Shown here one piece after another: positions 1 through 11,991 of a stretch of DNA of 34,742 nt (position 1 is its first letter; the number at the start of each line of letters is the position of its first letter). Origin of the DNA: Asterionella formosa (taxonomy: Eukaryota); contig NKIB01000164.1 of NCBI GenBank assembly GCA_002256025.1, positions 1 through 34,742 of the forward strand, written 5' to 3'. A program made the translations under genes and the position numbers. Below the pieces are notes generated by a model that searched no databases, was not told the DNA's origin, and worked only from the letters and a program-made list of their open reading frames with translations.

Positions 1-1539
1 AGAAAAAAACGGCCGTTCGTCCGATATTTCCCTCAAATGATCAAACTTCACTCCAAGTTCAACATAGTAGTACTAGATATACCGTGTTAAATTATAAAAT
101 GGGAATGAACGGAAGTTCAGACTTCGGCTGAAAAACCGGCCTACTGTCCGAACATTTCTACGAAAATCAGCGTAAGTGTCCGGTAGATGTCTGATGATGA
201 GTAATAGTAGAACATGTGCATTAATTGACTGCTGGTACCGGTACTGGAACTGGTAGTCTACTGTTTCATAAATGTTAAATACTGATAGATTTGCATGCAC
301 CATGTAAGGGTTCTAGTGGTACCAGTAAAAAATGCCATGGCCCATTGAGTTAGGGTGTTGTTTTTGAACCCTCCGACTAGAGGTAAATTCTATTTAATTT
401 TGGACCAATTTGTTCGATTGTGTCAGAGCAGCATTGATCAATCTGGCTGTCATGTTAAAATTCTGATTGAAAGATTTTTTCAGAAGATACAATGATGTAA
501 TGAAAAAGCTAAAAAGTGATTTCAATGGGTCACAGTGGCATATAGCTACTTTTTTCTGGATAAATGTATATTAATTTATGCACATTTTCAAGGACAGATT
601 AAGTCATGTGATAAAGCACTTGTCATGCATGGTATTACATGCCTTTTGACAACAAAGGTCTGGTGAAACACGTTTTTAACTTAGGAAAAGAGTAAAGTAA
701 ATATATCCATTAGCTGCTGGTATACCAGTAGCTACTAACCATTCATGATGCATGCGCATGATGATACCGTGCGCCTAAGTAATTTGGCATCTCCATAAAA
801 GTCAATACCAACAAGACAAGATTTTTTTGTCGAAAATGAGGTAGAGGTTCAAATCAATTTGGAATTTTTTTCTTGATCATCGTTTAGCATATGATGCGGA
901 GAGTTCTAAAATTACCATAATCTGTGTTTTCCCTGGTTCTTTGGTCAATCAACCATTTCAGGCAATCTATCATCTATTGAGATGAACAGCTGACTCCAAA
1001 TCTCAAACAAATTAAAAAACTGACTAGTCTACATGCTCAAGAAGGAGCGCATGAGAACTCTCAGAATTTACGTTTACATTCGTTTTGATAGCAAATCCTG
1101 TTATTCTGCGTTCAATTGGTCAAAACATTTTTTAATGGTACCGGTAACCATTAATTAGAGCTCTTTCTGAAGCACAACTTTTTGATGCTTTTCAAATGCA
1201 TACACATCGCTCAGGAAATGAAAGATTGGCTGATTTAACCCAGTAAACTGTTCCAGAATGGAAATCCTGATCATTGTCATTATGGCCGGAATCGAACCTT
1301 TTCTGAAAATTCACCATCATCATGTTTAATATATCCAATTGCCACTGGCAGATCCACCATCTTAGAAGGCTTGCTTGAGTAAGTACCGATATATCTGTGA
1401 TAGATTCCAAAGGAAGGAAGATTATGATGATGAATTGTCTTCTAGTATTATTAAGTATATTCCATTTACAGAAAGAATAAATCAGTGGTTTGCCGGGAAT
1501 CCTGTGAGATGATGGGAGCTTCCGATACCAGGCGAAACG

Positions 1540-2136
1540 GATGCTATCGGATTTTTGGCATATAAGACATATCTCAACTAATCAGCTATTGGATGGGATC
1601 AGGTGTTTTGCGGCCGCATTAGTCTTCACTGAGGAAAAAGCAATTTTCAGTTACTGGATGGAGCGACGACTACACAATGATATGCAACTGGCAGATATGT
1701 GGGTGGAACGGGTTGTCTACAATATGTGGTAGTTTGGTATTGATTCATGGATGAATAGGAACGAATATCTCTATGGAAAATCAGTAGAAGAACAACTCGT
1801 AAAGCAAATTCCTCAGGAAGTGGCAAACAAATAATCAGGCGATACAATCAGGATCAGATGCAAGTGAGCAACCAGGATCACTCTCTAATTGTCCTCCCCA
1901 TCCAGATACGCTTACGCAGACATTTTGTGGGCCAGAAAAGTCTGTGGGTAAAGACAGCCCAGTCGATATTGACTGTCAGTAGTTTCAACAATACCAGACA
2001 ATGGAGGATGATACTCACACACAAGCTCGTTTGGCCCCTTTGTGGTCGTAGTAACAACCTGATGGACGGAGACCATGGTGCGTTTAAGACCGGCCATCCT
2101 GAAGCCTCACCAGTGGCCTTCGGGACGCAAGTGTAA
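1540..2136 (+). mobile_element. Decayed 3' end of a non-LTR retrotransposon ORF (probable)
   Basis: Reading across stops and frameshifts gives '(*)SAIGWDQVFCGRISLH(*)' from about 1579, then 'MWVERVVYNMW*FGIDSWMNRNEYLYG' (about 1697-1777). These resemble the Q-x-x-IGW...GR-x-S-x-x-W and W-x-x-RN-x-x-L-[HY]-G motifs I recall from C-termini of stramenopile LINE-like ORF2 proteins. No RT core was recognisable. Confidence 0.5.
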
Positions 2137-3159
2137 TTTAGAGTTAGTTTAAATGTACTATAAAATGAACTTGAAGAACAACATAGTATAGTTTAGCATA
2201 TTCCTTTATCATTGCCATTACTCAGCAGAAGAGCTATAACGCAAAGAAGAAGTATAGAGTTTCCAGAACTAGTAAGTTTGGCGATGATTTATCTGAAACA
2301 GGCGATATGGCTTGGCTGAATAATACAGAGTTACTCCGAAAAATTTGGTTCCTGTCAAAATATTTCTTGAGAACACTTGTCAAGCTTGCCTTCATTTCGT
2401 TTACACCGCATCGGTTAGAGAGAGAAAGCGGACTCTGCGGTCGTGGTGGATTCGACTCCTGCATTCTCCATCTGTCTTTTTCATGTAGTCTCTTGGGTTC
2501 CAGGGGTGTGGCTGACGAAAATACAGGTCCCGTGCATGGTTTCACAGTACGGATGAATAAAACCGATACTAATTGTGTCCATTTATTTGGGCCCGAGTGC
2601 GATTATTGGATAGCTTTAACATAAAATGATAATCTGTTTTATATATTGATTGTTGAGAAAATTGCAGGACGCGAGCATACTGATGTGGAAGCAGGTGCGA
2701 AAATTAAGGAACAGGAGTATGTTGATATGGAATCACTCCCATGCTTGTTTGCTTGCGATGGCCTCCTGTTGGTCGTCTTTCTAGAATCAACAATTATTCC
2801 GTTTTTTAGTCACAGCACTAGCTGCTGTATCACTAGCATCTCATCATTTTAGCTGCTGGCTGATTGTAGCATGAAAAGCAATGATTCTTGCAAAAAGGAG
2901 AGATAAATCAGTAATAGTTGTTCAATTGAAAATAATTGCAAAGCGCACAGACCAAGAATCGCTGTTCTTACCTAATTTTATCTCTGAAATCTTACAAAGC
3001 ATTTTCGCTTCTGAAACACGAGCTAGATTACTTTAGCGAGTATTTGCAATTAACGAATAGAAATACAAAAACTATCAAGATAACAAAAAAGGCGCCAACG
3101 ACAAAGGCTTGAAAACGACCTTCATTTTTCATTGAATCTTGAATGTTCGTTCATGGAAA

Positions 3160-3940
3160 GCTATAATTTATTTGGGGAGGCAGCGTTCCGTGCTGCTATG
3201 ATGAAATCGCTTGGTATCAAAATGACAGGTCTGATGTATGCATGTGAGGGATGCGCACTAGCTAAGGCTAAGGCGAAAAATGTTCCAAAAAGTAACTTGA
3301 AGAAAATGTTATTAAACAAATGTGTGATGGTTTGCTGGTCATTCTAATAATCATGCTGGAGAGTCTGAAGACAAACTATGGGTACGTGAAATCATTGATG
3401 TCGAAGCTGCTTTTCTTGAAGGAGATATGGATGAGCAAATTTATATTGAATGGGCAAATGGGGTTTTAGAGTTTGGTTTCGAAACACAAGAACCAATGAA
3501 AAACAAATGCATTAGGTTGGAGAAGGCCATGTATGGCACAGTTCAAGCAGCGCTACAATTCTTCAAGAAAATTGTTCAAAACCTAACCAAAGTTGGATTG
3601 CAGCAAAGCAAGGTCGATCCATTTTTATTCTTCATCAAGGAAAACAACGCACTAATCATAATAATTGATACACATGCTGATGATTGTTTAATAGCTGGAA
3701 AGCCAAAAAATTATTAAATGGTTCAAAAATGAAATCATGAAACACTGCACAATCAAGGAGCTTGGTCCTTTGAAGAAACATTTGGGAGTGTGGTACAATT
3801 GGGGTCAAGATAAAGTGGGACGCTATTTGGATTTGAGCACTGATGATTTGGTGCATGTTACCTTGCAAGATTATCATGATATTTTTGGAAAGTATCCAAG
3901 AGATGCATTAACCCCAGCATTGCCTGGAACGATTAATTGA
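3160..3940 (+). mobile_element. Degenerate, internally deleted Ty1/copia LTR retrotransposon fragment (integrase Zn-finger region plus RT)
   Basis: 'LFGEAAFRAAMMKSLGIKMTGLMYACEGCALAKAKAKNVPK' resembles the copia pre-integrase/CxxC region. It is followed almost directly by RT motifs 'IIDVEAAFLEGDMDEQIYIEW', 'LEKAMYGTVQAALQF', 'QSKVDPFLF', a degenerate catalytic 'THADDCLIAG' (YVDD) and 'IKELGPLKKHLGVWY'. Frameshifts and stops are present and the integrase core is missing. Confidence 0.85.
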
Positions 3941-5054
3941 CGTGTACTTATGCGATATTCGACTGACACGTTATTTTACTGAACGATGCGAAACGTTGCT
4001 TTATAGATTTCTGGTGAAAAGTGAAGATGATAAAAATGGAACTGCATTGTTGAGGTTTTAAAAAATGGCTAACGAGTAATTCCTTCATATTTTTAGTAGG
4101 TGAAGGAAATCAAAATGGATAAAACAATGGAATTGCACCTACGAATTCAGAATCGGATCATAAGGAAAGGGAAGAGGCAGAAGTCAGAAGTCAGTCAGTC
4201 GAGTTTGAGAATCAGAGTGGAAGGTAGACGGGGCGGGAGGCATGTATAATGACCGACATCAAGATTATTGAAGAAAGGCAGGAGGAATCATGCATTAAGA
4301 TCATTGAAGTGAGGTGGGAGGCATCATGCTTCAAGAGCATTGAGACAATAGAAAAGGGGAACATTGTTTATTTGCACAGATTATAGAAACATTAATATCA
4401 TTTCTAATAGATGTAGCAGTAACATTATAATCCATTTCAACCTATTTTCTACAGCGATTTTGATCAGAATTAGCATCATGTTATCAAGATAGATATATGA
4501 TGAATGATTGTAAATCATTGGATAATGTTTGGATTATTATATTGTGTGTTGTTCATTATAAGTATGCTATGACATGATCAAATACTTATGCTACACATTT
4601 ATCTTACATAAAATGAAATAAGTATGATGTCGCAAAATTCTGTGCCAGTTAGCGTACAATACCTGTGATCTTATAAATATGATACTTTCTATTTGCAGAT
4701 GCATATATCGCCAAATGCTGTTTTACATCAGCCAGCTATTCAAATGTTTGCTGGAAACCAAATAAAACACACCAACTATTAAAAATTTTACTTGAAAAGA
4801 ATAACTATTGTTGCATATTATTTCTACAGTATTCACATTTACATGGAATACACCTCCAGATGTTTAATGGTTCCAATCCTCAAAATGAGCTTACCAACAT
4901 TTTCTTCCTTCCCAAGATCAGATCATCGCAACTTTCATGATTGCACAATCCATAATGGCACAATAGGACAATTAAGCCGGAGTAAATCATAGGAGTCAAA
5001 ATGTCCCAGCAGAAATTTGAATTATTCATGCAACTAATATTGGACAGAGGGAAA

Positions 5055-5415
5055 AGGTACCTACTACCCTGGTAGAAGTAAATGGTCTACACGAGGGTAC
5101 TGTAGTATGACTCCGGTACATACCCCGAGCTCGTAATACCTCGTACCACATCTATTACGTGTACCATGTCGAGTACCAGTACCTCGTACTCGGAATACCT
5201 GATACCAGGTACGTTGAGTTCTGGTACATGCTACTGTATCGTGATGGGCAGTACATGGCCGCTGGAAGTCACAAGGCAGGAGATTCAGGTACCGGTATTG
5301 TGATCAGCCATGTACTATCAAACGATTCATTCTACCGGGTACATGAACAAAATGACTTTCGTGTTTGGCTGGATGCATTTGGAAAGCATTGGCTTTTTGA
5401 TACATGTTACTGGTA
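5055..5415. repeat. Cluster of TA-CC/CCA-GG/TGG-TA words upstream of the guanylate kinase gene
   Basis: TACCAGTA 5174-5181, TACCAGGTA 5203-5211, TACCGGTA 5290-5297, TACTGGTA 5408-5415, plus many GTAC words. Confidence 0.75.
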
Positions 5416-5489
5416 TTAAATTGTGCATCAGTTGTATCTTAATGCCAACATCCATCTACACGTTCATCTTGTCCACAATATCACTCACC

Positions 5490-6791
5490 ATGACGTCTAT
5501 TGCTACTACGTATCCTCCTGTGGTCTTCAGTGGTCCCTCTGGAGTTGGGAAGGGAACGCTCATTGAATTGTTGACCAAGCGCTTTCCTGACAATCAATTT
5601 GGGTTCTCGGTGAGCCACACCACGCGAAGCCCACGAGACGGCGAAGTGGATGGGGTGCACTATAACTTCACCACTGTAGAATCCTTTCAACAAGAGATTG
5701 CCGCGGACAAGTTTGTGGAACACGCCGAGGTGCATGGGAGGTACTATGGCACATCCGTGGCTGCAGTGCAATCGGTGCAGTCCACCGGCAAAGTCTGCAT
5801 TCTGGATATTGATGTGCAAGGAGTCCAGAATGTTAAAAAGGCCGATTTGGAGTGCAAGTACATATTTATCGCTCCTCCGTCTATGGAAGTCTTGGAGGCT
5901 AGACTTCGAGGACGGGGTACCGAGAAGGAAGAAGATATTCAGACGAGGCTTGGAAATGCACAGAAGGAAATGGACTATGGCACTGGCGAAGGCAATTTTG
6001 ATGTCGTACTAAAGAATGACGACCTCCTCAAAACGTTTGAAAAGCTCTGCAATATCATGAAGAAATGGTACCCTCACCTCAAAGCTAGTATTCGTCCGAA
6101 CCCAGTCGTCTTCTGTGGACCAAGCGGAGTAGGCAAAGGGACCTTGATTAAAATGCTAATGGATCGCTTTCCAAATGATGACTTTGGATTTAGTGTGAGC
6201 CATACGACTAGAAAACCCAGAGAAGGAGAAGAAAATGGAGTGCATTACCACTTTACAACAGTGGAGGACATGAAGAAAGAAATCGACGAGGGCAAGTTTT
6301 TAGAACATGCCGAGGTACACGGGAATTATTATGGAACAAGGTGAGTGTTTAAAGGTGCATGGATTATAGTTTTGAACCAAGTTCAACGCTCATTTCATCT
6401 ACCCAACAGCATTGCTGCTGTGGAATCAGTGCAACAATCTGGCAAGGTGTGCATTCTCGACATTGATTTCCAAGGAGTTAGAAATGTCAAGAAATCTTCC
6501 CTGAAACCGTACTACATTTTCATTGCCCCCCCATCGATGGAATCCTTGGAAGCGAGACTTCGGGGACGTGGTACAGAGAGCGATGAAGATGTCAAGAAAC
6601 GTCTCGCCAATGCAAAGGCCGAATTGGACTATGGAAACGAAGCAGGCAACTTCGATCGTGTCTTTATCAATGCTTCCCTCGACGCTTGCTTTGAGGATAT
6701 GGCTGAACAGTTCAAGAAATGGTACCCGCAGCTGGATGAATATGCCCCAGATGACGGACCAACCAAGAATTGTACGTGCGTTTTGTCGTAG
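5490..6791 (+). CDS. GUK1: Tandem two-domain guanylate kinase with C-terminal CaaX motif (about 410 aa; exons 5490-6340, 6410-6791)
   Basis: Two full GK repeats, each with P-loop GPSGVGKGT, SVSHTTR, EHAEVHGxYYGTS, ILDIDxQG, FIAPPS and RLRGRGTE. Removing intron 6341-6409 (GTGAGT...CAACAG) restores YYGT-S-IAAV to match repeat 1. The protein ends ...KNCTCVLS*. The start is placed at ATG 5490 because the upstream in-frame extension does not look homologous. Confidence 0.93.
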
Positions 6792-6957
6792 TGGAATGTT
6801 GTGGCAGCACGCATTTTTTATTTCTCAGAACCTTTGTCACAGAATAGTCTGGACTCTGGATTTGCTTTTCTCAAAGCCATGAACCGGATAGTTAGAAGGC
6901 AAAAGGAAAATTTTGGCATGAGCCACGGGAAGAGTATGAATTGGATCTATAGGATTT

Positions 6958-7647
6958 TCATTGTTGATCCCCATTCTTTTCCATTTCGTTGAGTGGACAA
7001 TCAATAGTCTCTAGCTCATCAAACCCCATCATTTTCGTGAGACTCGCTATCATGTCATCTGGAGTGTCTTCTCGTCGCTCATACTCATATTGCTTGAAAC
7101 ATGACGCGTAATTGCACTCAGCAAAGCCTAGTTTATGTTCAAAGAGAAACCTTGACGCGGTATTGTCCTCGTTTATTTTGGAAAAGAATCGCCGGAGGTT
7201 TAATTCTTTAGTACCATAGAGCATCATCAGTAGACTGGCTTCACGTCCCAACCCTCGTCCTCTAAATTCCTGTTCGGCAATCATGATATCAAGTTCAGCT
7301 TGTTGATAGTGCGAGGGTGTTGTCGAATCCTCGTCGTCGTCCTCTGAAGACAGAAACAAATTGCAATCTCCCACCATGGCAGAAATGTTGCGAGTGACAA
7401 AGTCTCGTTCGTCTCCCTCGAACTGGCATTTTTCCTTCGCAAGCACAATAAAGGTACATTTGTCGTTATCCATTCGCCACGATGCTTGCATTTCCATTTC
7501 CTCCTCCAACGATAGAGGCTCCGACCCAGTCGCATCCAGCAAGCACGGATCCTTCATCCATTCGTGATAGTTCGCAACGTGTTCTGGTCGGTAAGGTACC
7601 AAGACAACTTTCTTTCCCACGATAGCAGTGTTGTAGTTGAGCAGCAT
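6958..7647 (-). CDS. NAT9: N-acetyltransferase 9-like GNAT protein (229 aa)
   Basis: 'MLLNYNTAIVGKKVVLVPYRPEHVANYHEWMKD...TGSEPLSLEEE...W...DKCTFIVL...MVGDCNLF...AELDIMIAE..FRGRGLG' is the NAT9 family signature with the GNAT acetyl-CoA motif. ATG at 7647; no intron needed. Confidence 0.92.
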   Translation of the reverse strand: MLLNYNTAIVGKKVVLVPYRPEHVANYHEWMKDPCLLDATGSEPLSLEEEMEMQASWRMDNDKCTFIVLAKEKCQFEGDERDFVTRNISAMVGDCNLFLSSEDDDEDSTTPSHYQQAELDIMIAEQEFRGRGLGREASLLMMLYGTKELNLRRFFSKINEDNTASRFLFEHKLGFAECNYASCFKQYEYERREDTPDDMIASLTKMMGFDELETIDCPLNEMEKNGDQQ

Positions 7648-9055
7648 GGTGATCCGGCCTCGAGAAATTCGCTTCCGAACGATGAATAACGAATGGGTCA
7701 CAAGATCTATGTTTGGGGTTATGTAGCCGTCATTTCCGTCGGATCATCACACCAGGATGACATAGGAACCAGTAGTTCTCCAACATACTGGTGTACCGGT
7801 ACTTCAGTTTCCTGGAAAGTCCGGTCCGGTCCGGTAACGCATGTTCTTTTATTATGCTTTCGATGATTCGTGCATGCCTATCCTGCAAGTTGCGGTAAAT
7901 GAGTAATTTAGCTTTGTTTTCCTTATAGTCCAAACCGTCTTTTACCGCATCTCCCTTCAAATTGCGTTCATTTTGCTGACATCACGAACTCAGCAAATTA
8001 AAATGTACGATAGTCGCACCTTTGACCCACTACTTATTTACAATATGCTGGCCAGCGTATAATGCCGTTAATTGTGGCATGATTTTGAATAAGGTTTTAA
8101 GTTCTAAATATTATCATTTTGGCAGAAATACAAAGCAGAATGTTTTGATTCGGCAGATAAAGTTGACTTCGCTTGAATCGAGGAAGTTTATTTTTGGTCA
8201 TTGGGTCATTGCTCGACTTTGCCATAGTATCTGCCAAAGTGATCACATATATAGCAAAAGTCATGGCGTGCCAACTCGAAAACGTTAAAATTACATGCCT
8301 TTGTATTTTACTTGTTCACGTAGGTAATCATATACCGGTATGTAGACATCTGACAGTTGCAGTGTGGCCAGTCAAGCAAAATTACCGAAACTTGCTGGTA
8401 ACCAGGCGAGATAGCGGTAGGCTGGCTTTCAATTACAAACATTTACCGTTAAGATATATAATAAATGCCGTTACTTTGTCATTCAGTAAATCGAAGTCGT
8501 GTTCTGCTAAATCTAAATTGTGTTCAACAACAACTATCAGGATTTTAGATCGAATGGAGACGAAACTGCGATTAACTGTATGGTATCTGGTACCAACTGT
8601 CCGTTCAGTTGATTGATATTCTAAATAGAAATTTCCTGTTAATGTTTTTTATGCACCCTCCGAGCCAAGCAATTCAGTAGGGCCAGCTAGTCAGCATCGT
8701 CCTGTCGATATGTTTCTGTGTTAACGTTATTTCAGTTACAACATTTACATAGACAACAGGTTACCATTCACCAATTGCCAGCCAAATGTCAAGCAAGGAT
8801 CGCCAAACGAACTAGCAATGAATGCTTTTATTTAGGCAGGAATATATATACCGGTATATGTTTATATGAAATATTTCGTTATGCCTGTATCTGCATATCG
8901 ATACATATATAGAAATGATACCGGTATATGGTTCGACAAAATGCAGTGTTTTTCCATTTCCGGTCTCGTGCACTTCACCTTGTTGCAATCATGTTGTAAC
9001 CATTTATTTACTTCCTTTGTTGTTGCTTCTATTTCTTTTTTACAGTAATTTATCC

Positions 9056-9148
9056 TCCGTATCGTCTCCACAATTCGACCCATTGCTGCTTTCTGTTTAC
9101 ATCCGTATCGTCTCCACAATTCGACCCATTGCTACTTTCTGTTTACAT
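9056..9148 (+). repeat. 46-bp tandem duplication (2 copies, 1 mismatch)
   Basis: tccgtatcgtctccacaattcgacccattgct[g/a]ctttctgtttaca at 9056 and 9102, ending 14 nt before the ATG at 9163. Confidence 0.95.
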
Positions 9149-9162
9149 GTTCATCATTTCTA

Positions 9163-9573
9163 ATGTCATCTACTACCCCCACCACAAATGCTGCAACAAC
9201 TTCTTTCCTTCGATCCTTGCAACATAGTCAAACTCAAGGCGATTTGATGTATTACATCTTACTGGCCATTGCCGGAGTATTATTGTGCGTCGTGATAATG
9301 GGAATGGGTTGTGGTCCAAACGTCGTCAGTGAGGATCATGATTATCGCTATCAACAAGAAGAAGAATCCACTGCATCATCGTATATTCGGGTAGTGACGG
9401 AAACGTATTGTGCACCTCATTCGGCCGAGTCATTTGATTCGAGGACACAGACAACGTCTCGCCACGACTTGAGCGAAAAGAAGAAGCAAGCATACTTGGC
9501 GCAGATTAATACGACGATACTAAATGACGCCATCAATGACAAGGATGTGAAGAAAACGAGTGGCGTTGAATGA
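9163..9573 (+). CDS. Hypothetical single-pass membrane protein (136 aa)
   Basis: ATG-initiated ORF with an S/T-rich N-terminus, one hydrophobic segment (YYILLAIAGVLLCVVIMGMGC) and a polar tail. No family recognised. Confidence 0.5.
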   Translation: MSSTTPTTNAATTSFLRSLQHSQTQGDLMYYILLAIAGVLLCVVIMGMGCGPNVVSEDHDYRYQQEEESTASSYIRVVTETYCAPHSAESFDSRTQTTSRHDLSEKKKQAYLAQINTTILNDAINDKDVKKTSGVE

Positions 9574-10383
9574 CAACGGAAACTTTACACATTGCGTGAG
9601 GGAGACCTGCAACTTACAACCAACAAAACCGCGCTCAATTGCCTCGACAACTTGAAAGTCTTGGAGCGTTTGGATGTGAAGATACGGTCCTTTTCCTCCC
9701 TTGTCTTTGTCAGTATCCATTTACACTTGCTACGTGACAATGACCCGTGGACGTATGCCAGAAGATAGCTCGAGCCCGAAAGCCGAAAAGGGAGGCGGAG
9801 GTTGTCGGCCTAAATAACCTCGCCGTAATTTAGGATAGCCCAGTCATTCGCGATTTAGCCTTGAAAGCTGTCGTTGGATAACAATTTAAACATATTGGGT
9901 TGAACAGGCTTACCATTGCCATTGTTGAGGCAATTTATTGCGTAATCTGTATGATATCCTCGAGTGGCCTTTCTGACTTTGAAGTGAAGGCCACCAAACA
10001 TACCTGGGTTGCATATGACGTAGCCTTCAGTACCTGATGGTAATGGTTGTGTATGATGAGCGTGATTCTCAATTATAAATTGAAAGTGTTGATGTCGGTA
10101 TGCAGGATGTTGCGTATATAGTGATAATATAGTATTAGACTTATCGGCTCGCATACTATGTCTTGCATTTTATTTTTCAATCGCAAATTGCATGGGAAAG
10201 GCAAATCATGTGTGCTTGCGTTATGCCCATTGTCCAAAACCATCAACCCATTCTCTCATCATTCTACTTAGTCGCAAGGGAAATCCAAAACGGATGTACT
10301 TGAGTTATGCCAACAAAACCATCAAATCATTCTCTCTTCGTTCCACTTAATCTATGGAGCGTCAGTGTTATTTATGTATCCTC

Positions 10384-10747
10384 TCATTGTTTCTTGCCGT
10401 CTTTGGCATCGGACGCTGCCTTCTTCTGAGCGTTCCAGTTTTCTTGTTCCTCCTTGGTAAACACTTGCCCATTTCCCTTGTTTTGTTGGTAATACTGTGC
10501 CCCAAACACAGCAGCAATGGCAAATGCCCAAGCTCCCATTTGTCCTCCCTGTGTTTTGTTTGTGTTCCACATCATATGAAGAAAAAGTTTATAAACATTG
10601 TGAGTACATAAATCTACTACCAAGATTGGTTTTTCATGCATATAATACACACACAGCAAGCAAGAAAGAGGGATAGTCCGGAATAACTGCTGTATCGTAT
10701 GATGCGATTCATATTCGACGTACTCTTCCTAATCCACCAGAAAACAT
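10384..10747 (-). CDS. Spliced microprotein, 62 aa, with one hydrophobic segment (exons 10747-10724 and 10548-10384)
   Basis: ATG 10747 gives MFSGGLGR, then donor GTACGT at 10723 and acceptor ACACAG ending at 10549. The phase-0 join reads GGQMGAWAFAIAAVFGAQYYQQNKGNGQVFTKEEQENWNAQKKAASDAKDGKKQ*. Confidence 0.65.
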
Positions 10748-11991
10748 TTTATTGATGGCTTGTTTCGCGTCCGTCATGATTGAAGGTTGTAGAATGTATG
10801 TCTACCGGTATTCTTCAAGAGAAAAGTAGTCTAGACGAAAGGAATAATCTTAACCTGTGTCATTGTATGAATGAATATACAGTATACGGTAAGCCAGCTT
10901 TCATTTACTACCAGGTACCGGCAATTCCCGCTCCAGCTATCGTCTTGCCATTTGGGTACTTCTAAGTAATTTTCAGGCTTTAAGTAGTTTCTTAAGTAAT
11001 TTTTATTGAGGGGCAATATGGGGCACATCGAATTTTTCGGTATTAAAATTGCCGATTTTTAGAGTAAGGTATCAGGTAATATGCATGGAGATGGTACAAC
11101 AAGCGTAAAACACACGAGAATGATTGTAAAAACCTGCAACATCAATGAAAATTGAACATGATGGTTGGAGCAACCAAAGTATGAAATGCGATGTAATAAA
11201 TTGCATCAAATAAGAAATAGAAAAAAATTGTTTTGGGTTTGAAATGAAGTAAAAAAAGGAGTTTCAATGGAGACGTAAGCATTGTGAATCATTGTAGTAC
11301 TTACACAGGCAACATTGCTTGACTTTCCATCAACACACAATCGAAGACCAAAAAAAGAAGGAAAAATGCTGAACCCAATTTAGACCTGCATCGTTATGTA
11401 GCGTAAACGGTCTGGTTGCTGCAGCCATGCGCATCGCTGTAGTAGCCTGACAAAAGAGTCTACAGAGATAATATTATAACGTGCTCAAAGTACTAAGTGT
11501 TAAAGTTTAGCATAAACCATGCATGGTTGTTTTCAGTATGACCCACATATGTAGGCTAGACGCTACCGGTAGAATATCCGTTAAGCATCATCACATGCAT
11601 GACTGGAGCAAAAACTTGCCACCAACATCAGATGTATCGATATCATTGTTTGTCCAACGAAATATGGACGATGCGACTACATGAATCCCTTGAGAAGACA
11701 GCAATCCAACAACCAACCGCATCTGTTAGACAACGAAATGCTACTGGTGTCATGACTGAACTGATTTCGCTTCAATCCGGTGATGATGGATGACGATTGG
11801 CATGATGGAAGGTGAATTACCGGAGTCCACATTTCAGGAGACGAACAAAAACAAGGTGAATTCTAGATATAAATTATTGAAGTCTGTAGAGTATATAAAA
11901 TGGTTTCCTCAAGTTGATTCCTTGCCGATTTCGGCAATCCAAGGGCTAGAAAACCGAGGGGCAATTGCTACAAATTGTAATGCCAAAATGC

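Noticed and set aside
2420..2470. tRNA/tmRNA-like 3' end (ggtggattcgactcctgcattctcca)
   Set aside because: The T-stem pairs poorly and no matching 5' acceptor strand, D-arm or anticodon arm could be folded upstream. At most a decayed fragment.
4261..4345. Imperfect repeat of about 36 bp and purine-rich tracts after the left copia fragment, as possible PPT/LTR
   Set aside because: RNase H is missing and no TG...CA boundaries or second LTR could be defined.
5310..5489. 60-aa N-terminal extension of the guanylate kinase ORF
   Set aside because: It overlaps footprint-rich, promoter-like DNA and has no GK similarity. ATG 5490 has a better context (CACCATG) and sits just before the domain. A targeting extension cannot be fully excluded.
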